The notes under the pieces were generated by a model. That model searched no databases. It was given only the letters and a program-made list of their open reading frames with translations, and was not told the origin of the DNA. A stretch of DNA of 20,000 nt from Lentisphaeria bacterium (GTDB taxonomy: Bacteria; Verrucomicrobiota; Lentisphaeria; JABSQK01; JAWLHB01), in NCBI GenBank assembly GCA_041690595.1, contig JAWLHB010000011.1:177794-197793 (forward strand), given 5' to 3'. Position numbers and translations under genes: made by a program. The stretch's first letter is position 1. Each line of letters opens with the position of its first letter. Positions 1-8,902 of this stretch are shown piece after piece.

Positions 1-1
1 C

Positions 2-496
2 GCGGTGAGCGACACACCTGGCGCGGAGATTACCTGGAGCACTTGGACCGCGGGGCTGCCGCCGGATATGCAGATTGCCTTCGTGAGCAGTAGTGGGATC
101 GGTGTCGAGGCTGGGCCGGACAAGTCTCTCCTGGCGGAGATCGGCTACAAGCATACGGATTCTCGGCTCTTCCGCTGCATCACCACACAAAGTGAAACAG
201 CAGCGAAATGGGACTTTCTTGATAATCCCACCAGTACATGGGCGGCAGTTACAAGTTGGGAAGATGAGACGTTGGTGACTGACCATGTCATGGATTTTAC
301 GGTCATCGCCTACAATGATGCATCTGTTGATATGAAGACAACGGCGGCTACGTCTTTTGATGCAAACACGCTGCCGCAGTACATTTACATCGAGTTCACG
401 TTGCGGGCGATGAATGTGCACGAGAATCAGGCTGACGATAACTCGACTGATCGGAAGTTTTCGAAACTCATTTACTTAGCCCGGGAGTACGACTGA
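2..496 (+). CDS. 5'-truncated pseudopilin-cassette protein (C-terminal part, probably GspJ/PilW-like)
   Basis: Frame is open from the window edge. Its stop TGA (494-496) overlaps the ATG of the next gene (TGATG). The C-terminus 'LPQYIYIEFTLRAM...RKFSKLIYL' resembles the C-termini of GspJ/PilW-like minor pseudopilins, and it lies directly upstream of a GspK/PilX-like gene. The diagnostic N-terminus is outside the window. Confidence 0.55.
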   Translation, partial: AVSDTPGAEITWSTWTAGLPPDMQIAFVSSSGIGVEAGPDKSLLAEIGYKHTDSRLFRCITTQSETAAKWDFLDNPTSTWAAVTSWEDETLVTDHVMDFTVIAYNDASVDMKTTAATSFDANTLPQYIYIEFTLRAMNVHENQADDNSTDRKFSKLIYLAREYD

Positions 497-3108
497 TGAA
501 AATGCTCAGCATAATGCCGGGTTCGTCTCGCCGCGAAAAAGGGGTGGCGCTTATCCTGGCGCTTTCTATACTCTCTCTTCTGCTCATCCTGGCCATGAGT
601 TTTGCCTTTACCGCACGAACGGACAAGGCCGCTTCAGCTAACTATGCGCACAGCGTGAAGTCAAGGCTGCTCGCTGAGTCGGGACTTAGCCGAGTGATTG
701 GATTTGTGCAAACGGAGCTGTCGGTTCCCGTCGGAGCGACCATTCCCACCAACTTCGCCTTTCCCGGCAATCGCTTCTATACCTATAACCCGGATCCGGA
801 TAAGGTAAGTCACTGGAAGCATCGGACCATGCTCTTCTCGGTCAACCTCACTGCTGCGGACACTGTCGTCAAGCTTGCGCAGGTTGACAGCGAAGATAGA
901 GTGGCTATGAAGATCGGTAATGCGCAAATGATTCCCAAAGAGTATGAAGGAGAGAACGAGCTTCCGACTACCATGCGGGACTTCATCTCGTGGGAGAACA
1001 TCATGATCAATGGCCCGGATCCAGGCATTCTTGGACGTTACGCATATTCCCTTTTTGACATGACCGGAATGATTGATCCCAATTATGCTGTCGATCCTCT
1101 CGGTGCAGCCGAGGGGGGCGAAACTCGAACGGGTGCCAGTCTATCAGAAATCAGCCTGCTTTTCGACCCGGCCGACGATGCGGCAAGCGCGGCTTTTTTC
1201 CGGAACCAACTCACTGTTGACAATCCGCGCTGGTTCTCGTATCCGCACATTTTCCGGAGTGCAGGAGGCGTTTTTGGTGATGATACTGCTGTGGCCAGGG
1301 TCATGCGCAGCATCTTTCCGTATACGGTCATGGATCCCGAAAACTACTGGCACGAAGACAATGGTGACTTGGCTCTGACGGATAACGAGCTTTTGGATCG
1401 ATTCAATCTGGCGCTCCTTCCCGGTGACAATACGGACAGCGCCGCAGATAACGCGATCGCGATCTACGATATGCTCACTGGCGGGAGCGTTGGCCGACAA
1501 GCATCGGGTCCTGGGGCGCAGCACAAGTACAGTCAGTGGGTGTGGAGAACGGACGAAACGGATATTTGGTCGGATGAGCACGATCCGGAAAGGCTGAGCG
1601 AAGTTCGGCGTCGCGCCGCACGAATTGCTGCGAATTTCATCGATTATTCGGATGTAGATGATACGCCAACTCTGGTGTACGTAGGCCCTTCGCCATCGTA
1701 TAGCCTGACTGTTGACAGCACGCCGACCTCCAATTGGGAGTATCGCGTTCGGGGGACAGAATCTGTCTACGGACTGGGGGAGGTGCTGGCGGCGCTGAAG
1801 ATCGACCGCCAAGCCGGTGTGGATCAGGACAAGATTACAATCACACCGCAGTTCCGCGTGGAAGTCTTCAAGCCTAACTTTGCCGGCGGTGCGGCAACGG
1901 CACAGTCAGTTCAGATCACTTTCAGTTATGTCTTGGAAGGAAATGAAGATACTCCCGCCGTTGTTACGATAAGCAAGGCCAATGAAGTTGTTACCATCCC
2001 ACTGGTCGATCCGCCAGACGATCTAACCTATGGTTTGATAAAATACAACGATTGGGTGGACGGAGCTGTCAACGGGCCTTTTGCTGATGCAATGAAAGCC
2101 GGCGAGGGCGATGTGTCCTGCGTGAGCTTTGTCATACATAATGTTACAATATTCGATGCCAATGGTACCGTTGTCCGAGAGTTGCCTGAACGGAATCCTG
2201 CATCAGTGCCTGACCTTTACACGTATAACGGCCCTGATCTTGTCAGTACGGACGCGGGCGCAAGCAGTTATTTCCGTTTGATTCGTGAGATGCATGATCC
2301 ATTGAACGATGGATATCATCAAGGTCTAACCACGCTGTTTGGCGATTATGTCGTGTCGACGGATGAGCCTGTTCATCACGGAGATGTGGCTGGTGGTGGC
2401 CTGACTGCTCTCCCGTATGAGCAAGGCGACCATAGCGCCTTGGTTGTATGGGATTATGATGCGAATGAGTATGGCGATGTCGACGTTGCTAATCTGCCTT
2501 TCGTTCGGCTTGGTGAGATTGGGCGGGTGCACAGCTATCGGGCCGGGCAAAGCTTGCGTTTGTGGAGCGCCAATGATACGGATACTGAGACGCACGACGC
2601 CTATCTGCTGGATATGTTCAAGGTGACTTCCGCCGAAAGTACGCCCGGCAGGATCAACATCAACAGCCGGCAGAAGCTTGTGCTGGACGCCTTGTTTTAT
2701 GGGACTGGTGATCCGAGCGGCTTGGGATATACGACGCCCCAAGATGCAACGACTAAACTCTTAAGGTACCGCATCAACGTCAAGGCAGCCCCTTTCACGA
2801 ATATCGGGGAACTGGGGAATGTGCCGGAGCTTTGCGGCAATAATCGGTCGGCCAGTGATGCGGAGATTGAAGATCGTATGCATGACATCGCGGAGATGAT
2901 CAGCGTTCGGAAAAATTCATTCATGGTTGTCCTCACTGCTGAAGCCTTGCGCGACCTCCCCTTCGAGGTGCCAGGGGCGATTCCGTGGACAAGTTTGGGC
3001 TATCGCTATGCCGGGGTGCAGGGAGAAACAAAAATTCTCGCGATCCTGGAGCAGGATGCCTTCCTGAATACGATCAAGCTTGTGCGGATGGACTATATCT
3101 ATGACTAG
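496..3108 (+). CDS. Large GspK/PilX-like minor pseudopilin (870 aa; similar to Verru_Chthon cassette protein A)
   Basis: N-terminus RREKG|VALILALSILSLLLILAMSF lacks Glu5, followed by 'SRLLAESGL', which is the PilX/GspK pattern. Also has GspK-like motifs 'IAANFIDYSDVDD', 'GRININS' and 'PFTNIGEL'. The start could also be 502 or 514. Confidence 0.75.
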   Translation: MKMLSIMPGSSRREKGVALILALSILSLLLILAMSFAFTARTDKAASANYAHSVKSRLLAESGLSRVIGFVQTELSVPVGATIPTNFAFPGNRFYTYNPDPDKVSHWKHRTMLFSVNLTAADTVVKLAQVDSEDRVAMKIGNAQMIPKEYEGENELPTTMRDFISWENIMINGPDPGILGRYAYSLFDMTGMIDPNYAVDPLGAAEGGETRTGASLSEISLLFDPADDAASAAFFRNQLTVDNPRWFSYPHIFRSAGGVFGDDTAVARVMRSIFPYTVMDPENYWHEDNGDLALTDNELLDRFNLALLPGDNTDSAADNAIAIYDMLTGGSVGRQASGPGAQHKYSQWVWRTDETDIWSDEHDPERLSEVRRRAARIAANFIDYSDVDDTPTLVYVGPSPSYSLTVDSTPTSNWEYRVRGTESVYGLGEVLAALKIDRQAGVDQDKITITPQFRVEVFKPNFAGGAATAQSVQITFSYVLEGNEDTPAVVTISKANEVVTIPLVDPPDDLTYGLIKYNDWVDGAVNGPFADAMKAGEGDVSCVSFVIHNVTIFDANGTVVRELPERNPASVPDLYTYNGPDLVSTDAGASSYFRLIREMHDPLNDGYHQGLTTLFGDYVVSTDEPVHHGDVAGGGLTALPYEQGDHSALVVWDYDANEYGDVDVANLPFVRLGEIGRVHSYRAGQSLRLWSANDTDTETHDAYLLDMFKVTSAESTPGRININSRQKLVLDALFYGTGDPSGLGYTTPQDATTKLLRYRINVKAAPFTNIGELGNVPELCGNNRSASDAEIEDRMHDIAEMISVRKNSFMVVLTAEALRDLPFEVPGAIPWTSLGYRYAGVQGETKILAILEQDAFLNTIKLVRMDYIYD

Positions 3109-3625
3109 GACAGCCCGCCATTTGCTGACGCTGATGCTTGGCATGATGCTCTGGCTTGGATGCGCACAGGCGCAAGGCCGTTCGGGCGGCCAGGTCAAGG
3201 AGTCGCGCTACCGGCAAACCGTTTTTCCGCTGGATCGGGAGGCGCAACTGTACGCGGAGAGCGTGAAGGCAATCGAGCAAGGTGAAGAGATTCCGGCTTG
3301 GCAAGTGGTTGCCAATCTTGGTCGCTATTACAAGGAGAAGGCGCGGGAGAGCCTCCCGATTGTGCAGAAGGCACGGCAGGTACGCATGAGTGCCGGATTG
3401 ACGGAGCCATCCGTGCCCGAGAAGCGGTACGACTGGATGCTGCAGGTGTCGGCTCACTTGGAGAGGATGTCGAGCATTCCTCGCGCTTTGCGGAGGCAGG
3501 AGCTGCGAGATCCATTGCTTGCGCCCGTGATCGATGTTGAGAAAGCGCCGGAAGTTTATGAACAGATGCGCGAGCAGTTCAAGAAAATGCGAGCCAACGA
3601 TCCCGCCCGGGATGCCAAGGAGTAG
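3101..3625 (+). CDS. Hypothetical exported protein (174 aa)
   Basis: ATG at 3101 overlaps the upstream stop (3106-3108). Signal-peptide-like start MTRTARHLLTLMLGMMLWLGCAQA-Q. Ends 3 nt before the GspG-like gene, consistent with an operon. Confidence 0.75.
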   Translation: MTRTARHLLTLMLGMMLWLGCAQAQGRSGGQVKESRYRQTVFPLDREAQLYAESVKAIEQGEEIPAWQVVANLGRYYKEKARESLPIVQKARQVRMSAGLTEPSVPEKRYDWMLQVSAHLERMSSIPRALRRQELRDPLLAPVIDVEKAPEVYEQMREQFKKMRANDPARDAKE

Positions 3626-3628
3626 AAT

Positions 3629-4129
3629 ATGCGTGATCGTCGATATCGTCGAAGTCTTTTTACGCTGATCGAGATCCTGGTGGTCATGGTGATCATCGTG
3701 GTGCTGGCGGGTGTGCTGATGGCGGGCACAAGGGCGGTCTTCGACAAGATGCGCAAGTCGAAGGCGGAGGCGCAGATCCAGGCGATCACGCTGGCCTTCG
3801 AGTCTCACTATAATGACCGGGGGTACTATCCGCAGCAGCCGACCAGCGGTAAGATCCCGAAGAGTCTGATTGACGGTGTGACCAATTCGTCGACCGGGCA
3901 ACTCTATCTGAATGTGAAGGATGTGGGCCTGAGCTACGATAAGAATGACTTTCTTGTCGACCCGTGGTTTGATGGGGATGATAAGGGGTTCTGGTACTAT
4001 CAGTGCCCGGGGACGCACAATGTGGAGAAGTTCGATCTCTGGAGCCATGGCGCCGATCAGGATGGCTACGACGGCAACAGCGTCGGCACGCTCGATGTCA
4101 ACGACATCACCAACTGGCGCCGGAACTAG
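3629..4129 (+). CDS. gspG: Type II secretion major pseudopilin GspG-like protein
   Basis: Prepilin motif RRSL|FTLIEILVVMVIIVVLAG. C-terminal T2SS-G signature 'DPW...YYQCPGTHN...FDLWSHGADQ...DITNW'. RBS AAGGAG just upstream. Confidence 0.85.
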   Translation: MRDRRYRRSLFTLIEILVVMVIIVVLAGVLMAGTRAVFDKMRKSKAEAQIQAITLAFESHYNDRGYYPQQPTSGKIPKSLIDGVTNSSTGQLYLNVKDVGLSYDKNDFLVDPWFDGDDKGFWYYQCPGTHNVEKFDLWSHGADQDGYDGNSVGTLDVNDITNWRRN

Positions 4130-4176
4130 TTTTCGCGCGGGCGGGGATTGCCGGCCCCGATCGCCGTTCAAACATT

Positions 4177-5478
4177 GGCACAGTTCCGGCGGTTAGCCTC
4201 GACGTTCCCGGCAATGTGGGAGTCCCCACCCGGCGTTGCCCGGACCGTTTTCTTCATAAGTCAAAACCCGTTCCGCCACCTGTGTGAGCTCAATGTGGGA
4301 GGGGTTCTCCGAACCGCGACTGGGGCAATGCCATCTGCCCGCGTGAATGCAATTACCCCCGCCTTAGCCTCGACTGGCTGGGCCTTGCAAGGGGATGGAG
4401 CAGCAACGTTTGGGAGAGAATTTCCTGGATTAAGTGGATTTGGCTGTACGCATGATCGCCGTTCGGAGAACGCCTCCCACATTATGAGCGGCCACCCATG
4501 TTATGGTTGGCCATCGGCGGCCCAGGCGCATGGTCACCTTCATAACCACAATTCATTGTCGACGCCATTCTTGAGGCACAGTTCCGGCGGTTAGCCTCGA
4601 CGAGCCCGGCAAGGTGGGAGGGGTTCTCCGAACCGCGACTGGGGCAATGCCATCTGGCCGCATGAATGCAATTACCCCCGCCTTAGCCTCGACGAGCCCG
4701 GCCGCATGTTGGAACTGGTGCAGCAACGTTTGGGCGAGATTTTCTGGCTTCTTCTGATTTTGCTGTACGCATGATCGCCGTTCGGAGAACGCCTCCCACA
4801 TTATGAACGGCCACCCATGTTATGGTTGGCCATCGGCGGCCCAGGCGCATGGTCACCTTCATAACCACAATTCATTGTCGACGCCATTCTTGAGGCACAG
4901 TTCCGGCGGTTAGCCTCGACGAGCCCGGCAAGGTGGGAGGGGTTCTCCGAACCGTGACTGGGGCAATGCCATCTGGCCGCGTGAACGAAATTACCCAAGA
5001 CTTAGCCTCGACTGGCTGGGCCTTGCAAGGGGATGGAGCAGCAACGTTTGGGCGAGATTTTCTGGCTTCTTCTGATTTGGCTGTACGCATGATCGCCGTT
5101 CGGAGAACGCCTCCCACATTATGAGCGGCCACCCATGTTATGGTTGGCCATCGGCGGCCCAGGCGCATGGTCACCTTCATAACCACAATTCATTGTCGAC
5201 GCCATTCTTGAGGCACAGTTCCGGCGGTTAGCCTCGACGAGCCCGGCAAGGTGGGAGGGGTTCTCCGAACCGCGACTGGGGCAATGCCATCTGCCCGCGT
5301 GAATGCAATTACCCCCGCCTTAGCCTCGACTGACTGGGCCTTGCAAGGGGATGGAGCAGCAACGTTTGGGAGAGATTTTCCTGGATTAAGTGGATTTGGC
5401 TGTACGCATGATCGCCGTTCGGAGAACGCCTCCCACGTTATGAGCGGCCACCCATGTTATGGTTGGCCATCGGCGGCC
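4177..5478. repeat. REP/REPIN (BIME-like) array 1: four tandem 318-319-bp units
   Basis: REP-A (+) starts at 4295, 4614, 4933 and 5251. Inverted REP-B ends at 4480, 4799, 5117 and 5436. Each doublet is 185-186 bp, separated by a near-identical 133-bp linker. Confidence 0.95.
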
Positions 5479-5680
5479 TGCGAAAAGGTCTGTCGCGGGG
5501 ACTTGCTAATGTGGGGATGACTTGGCAAATTACTGGAGTCAAAACGGATCGACATGGTGAGCGGGGGCAGAGCGAAGACCTTCTTCGTCCCGGGAACCAG
5601 ACGATGCGGCGCAAGCCCATGCACGCCCTTTGGGGTGATGCATACAAGGATTCAGATCAACGGGGAAGAGAGGTATTACT

Positions 5681-8600
5681 GTGCCAAAACGCGAAGACAT
5701 CAAGAAAGTCCTGATTGTGGGCTCCGGCCCGATTGTCATCGGCCAGGCTGGGGAGTTCGATTACTCGGGATCGCAGGCGTGCAAGGCGCTGCGCAAGCTT
5801 GGCTACGAGATCGTGCTGGTGAACTCCAATCCCGCGACGATCATGACGGATCCGGAGATGGCGGATCGTACCTATATCGAGCCGATCAACGCGGAGGTGA
5901 TCACGCGGATCATCGAGAAGGAGCGGCCCGATGCGCTGCTGCCGAACCTGGGCGGTCAGTCGGGACTGAATGTCTCGGCGGAGCTGGCGAAGCTCGGGGT
6001 GCTGGAGAAGTACGAGGTGAAGGTGATCGGGGTACAGATCGACGCGATCGAGCGTGGTGAAGACCGGGAGATTTTCAAGGAGACGATGGCGCGTCTGGGC
6101 ATCGACGTACCGAAGAGCAAGACGGTCTACAACGTGGCGCAGGCGGAAGCGGTGGCGGAAGAGCTGGGCTACCCGGTAGTGGTGCGGCCGGCGTACACGA
6201 TGGGGGGAACCGGCGGCGGCCTGGTCTACAATGTCGATGAGCTGCGGACGATCGCTTCGCGCGGTCTGGCGGTGAGCATTGTCAATCAGGTCCTGATCGA
6301 GGAGTCGGTGCTTGGCTGGGAAGAGCTGGAGCTGGAGGTGGTGCGCGATTCGAAGGACCAGATGATCACCGTCTGCTTCATCGAGAATGTGGACGCGATG
6401 GGGGTGCATACGGGCGATTCGTACTGCGTGGCGCCGATGCTGACGATCGCGCCGGAGCTGCAGCGGCGGTTGCAGGAGTATTCGTACCGGATCGTGGAGG
6501 CGATCCAGGTGATCGGCGGCACGAATGTGCAGTTTGCGCACGATCCGGAGACGGATCGGGTGGTGGTGATCGAGATCAACCCGCGGACCTCGCGTTCGTC
6601 GGCGCTGGCCTCGAAGGCGACGGGTTTCCCGATTGCGATGGTCTCGTCGATGCTGGCGGGCGGGCTGACGATGGACGAGATGCCCTACTGGCGGGATGGG
6701 AGCCTGGAGAAGTATACGCCGTCGGGCGATTATGTGGTGGTGAAGTTCCCGCGTTGGGCCTTCGAGAAGTTCCGGGGCGTGGAGGACAAGCTGGGGACGC
6801 AGATGCGTGCCGTCGGCGAGGTGATGAGCATCGGCAAGACCTACAAGGAGGCGATGCAGAAGGCAATCCGCTCGCTGGAGATCGGCCGCATGGGGCTGGG
6901 CTTCGCGAAGGACTTCAACAGCCGCTCTCTGGAGGAGTTGCTGCGGATGCTCCGCGATGCCACGAGCGAGCGTCAGTTCATCATGTACGAAGCGCTGCGC
7001 AAGGGCGCGACGACCGACGAGCTGCACCGGCTGACCCACATCAAGGCGTGGTTCATCGAGCAGATGCGCGAGCTGGTGGTACTCGAGGAAGAGATCCTGA
7101 GCCACCGCGGCGGGCTGCTGCCGGACGAGCTCCTGATCCGCGCCAAGAAGGATGGCTTCGCCGACAAGTACCTCGCCAAGCTGCTCGGGTTGACCGAGAC
7201 GGCGCTCCGTGAACGGCGCCTGGCGCTCGGGGTGACGGAAGGGTGGGAGCCCGTTCCCGTCAGCGGGGTGGACGATGCCGCCTATTACTTCTCCACCTAC
7301 AATGCGCCGGACAAGGTGGTCGCGTCGAAGAATCGCAAGATCATGATCCTCGGCGGCGGCCCGTACCGTATCGGCCAGGGGATCGAGTTCGACTACTGCT
7401 GCTGCCACGCCGCCTTCGCGGTCAACGATGCGGGGATCGAGAGCATCGTGGTCAACTGCAATCCGGAGACGGTATCGACGGACTACGACACGAGCAATCG
7501 CCTCTATTTCGAGCCGCTGACGGTCGAAGATGTGCTGAGCATCTACGAGAAGGAGAAGCCCGAAGGGGTCATCATTCAGTTTGCCGGGCAGACACCCCTC
7601 AACATCGCCCGCGAGCTGGAGCGGGCAGGAGTCCGCATTCTGGGCACGACGCCGGACACGATCGATCTGGCGGAAGATCGCGATCTCTTCCAGAAGGCGA
7701 TGGAAAAGCTGGGCATCCCGCAGGCAGAGTCGGGCATGGCCAGCACGCTGGACGAAGCGCTCGCCATCGCCGCGCGTATCGGTTACCCGCTGATGGTACG
7801 GCCCAGCTACGTGCTCGGCGGCCGGGGCATGGAAGTGGTGCATGACGAGGAGATGCTGCGTCATTATGTGACCGCGGCCGTCGGGGTGACGCCGGAACGG
7901 CCGATCCTGATCGACGACTTCCTCGACAATGCCATCGAGGTGGAGGCGGATGCGATCTGCGACGGCACCGATGCCTTTGTGCCCGCCGTCATGCAGCATA
8001 TCGAGCTGGCCGGCATTCACTCCGGCGACTCCGCCTGCGTGATTCCGCCGGTGAGCATCGACCAGAAGCACATCGACACGATCTGCGAGTACACGCGGCG
8101 GATCGCGATCGAGATGAAGGTTGTCGGCCTGATGAACATCCAGTATGCCATCGCCCGCGACACCGTCTACATCCTGGAAGCGAACCCGCGCGCCTCGCGG
8201 ACGGTGCCACTCGTCTCGAAGGTGTGCGGCATCTCCATGGCGCGGATCGCTACGCAGATCCTGCTCGGCAAGAGCCTGAAGTCCTTCAACCTGAAGCAGT
8301 CGGTCTTCCCCCACTTCGGGGTGAAGGAGGCGGTCTTCCCCTTCAACATGTTCCCCGAGGTCGACCCGGTGCTCGGGCCGGAGATGCGCTCGACGGGTGA
8401 GGTGCTGGGTATGGCCAGCTCCTTCGGCCTGGCCTTCTACAAGGCCGAGGAGGCGACCAAGACCTCGCTTCCTGATCGCGGCACGGTGCTGATCTCGGTC
8501 TCCTCGCGGGAACGCGAGCAGGATCCGGAGAGCCTGCTGGAGGCGTGCCGGGAGTTCACCCGGATGGGCTTCTGCATCCGCGCGACCGACGGGACGCACC

Positions 8601-8893
8601 GCTTCCTGCAGGAGCACGGGATTGCTTCGGAGCATATCCTGAAGCTCTTCGAGGGTCGTCCCAATCTGGCGGATGCGATCTCGAATGGCGAGATCCAGCT
8701 GGTGATCAACACCCCGGGCGGAAAGCTGAGCGCGTACGACGATTCGTACCTGCGTAAGGCGGCCGTGAAGCACAAGGTCTGTTACATCACCACCATGGCG
8801 GCAGCGTTGGCCTCAGCGAAGGGCATCGCCGCCTTCCGCGAACATGGCACCGACGTCCGTGCCCTCCAGGACTACCACCGCGACATCCACTGA
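5681..8893 (+). CDS. carB: Carbamoyl-phosphate synthase large subunit
   Basis: Starts MPKREDIKKVLIVGSGPIVIGQAGEFDYSG. Has two ATP-grasp halves (EINPRTSRSSALASKATG; EANPRASRTVP), LGPEMRSTGEV and a C-terminal MGS domain. GTG start with GAGGT RBS; 1070 aa. Confidence 0.98.
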   Translation: MPKREDIKKVLIVGSGPIVIGQAGEFDYSGSQACKALRKLGYEIVLVNSNPATIMTDPEMADRTYIEPINAEVITRIIEKERPDALLPNLGGQSGLNVSAELAKLGVLEKYEVKVIGVQIDAIERGEDREIFKETMARLGIDVPKSKTVYNVAQAEAVAEELGYPVVVRPAYTMGGTGGGLVYNVDELRTIASRGLAVSIVNQVLIEESVLGWEELELEVVRDSKDQMITVCFIENVDAMGVHTGDSYCVAPMLTIAPELQRRLQEYSYRIVEAIQVIGGTNVQFAHDPETDRVVVIEINPRTSRSSALASKATGFPIAMVSSMLAGGLTMDEMPYWRDGSLEKYTPSGDYVVVKFPRWAFEKFRGVEDKLGTQMRAVGEVMSIGKTYKEAMQKAIRSLEIGRMGLGFAKDFNSRSLEELLRMLRDATSERQFIMYEALRKGATTDELHRLTHIKAWFIEQMRELVVLEEEILSHRGGLLPDELLIRAKKDGFADKYLAKLLGLTETALRERRLALGVTEGWEPVPVSGVDDAAYYFSTYNAPDKVVASKNRKIMILGGGPYRIGQGIEFDYCCCHAAFAVNDAGIESIVVNCNPETVSTDYDTSNRLYFEPLTVEDVLSIYEKEKPEGVIIQFAGQTPLNIARELERAGVRILGTTPDTIDLAEDRDLFQKAMEKLGIPQAESGMASTLDEALAIAARIGYPLMVRPSYVLGGRGMEVVHDEEMLRHYVTAAVGVTPERPILIDDFLDNAIEVEADAICDGTDAFVPAVMQHIELAGIHSGDSACVIPPVSIDQKHIDTICEYTRRIAIEMKVVGLMNIQYAIARDTVYILEANPRASRTVPLVSKVCGISMARIATQILLGKSLKSFNLKQSVFPHFGVKEAVFPFNMFPEVDPVLGPEMRSTGEVLGMASSFGLAFYKAEEATKTSLPDRGTVLISVSSREREQDPESLLEACREFTRMGFCIRATDGTHRFLQEHGIASEHILKLFEGRPNLADAISNGEIQLVINTPGGKLSAYDDSYLRKAAVKHKVCYITTMAAALASAKGIAAFREHGTDVRALQDYHRDIH

Positions 8894-8902
8894 GTAGTGT
8901 GG

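Noticed and set aside
4295..5478. CRISPR array interpretation of the 26-nt repeats
   Set aside because: The repeats alternate in orientation, the intervening sequences are 130+ bp and conserved rather than unique, and there are no cas genes. The nearby RAYT explains them as REPs.
4148..5520. Short ORFs within array 1 (repeating VAVRRTPPTL / MGGVLRTA peptides)
   Set aside because: These are translations of the repeat on both strands, with no consistent frame between units and no convincing RBS.
5550..5645. Possible pyrimidine/arginine regulatory leader upstream of carB (two small hairpins)
   Set aside because: No recognisable PyrR-binding motif, U-tract attenuator or ARG box. The hairpins could be chance in GC-rich DNA.
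5657..8773. 1038-aa antisense ORF
   Set aside because: Shadow of GC3-rich carB on the opposite strand; no recognisable motifs.
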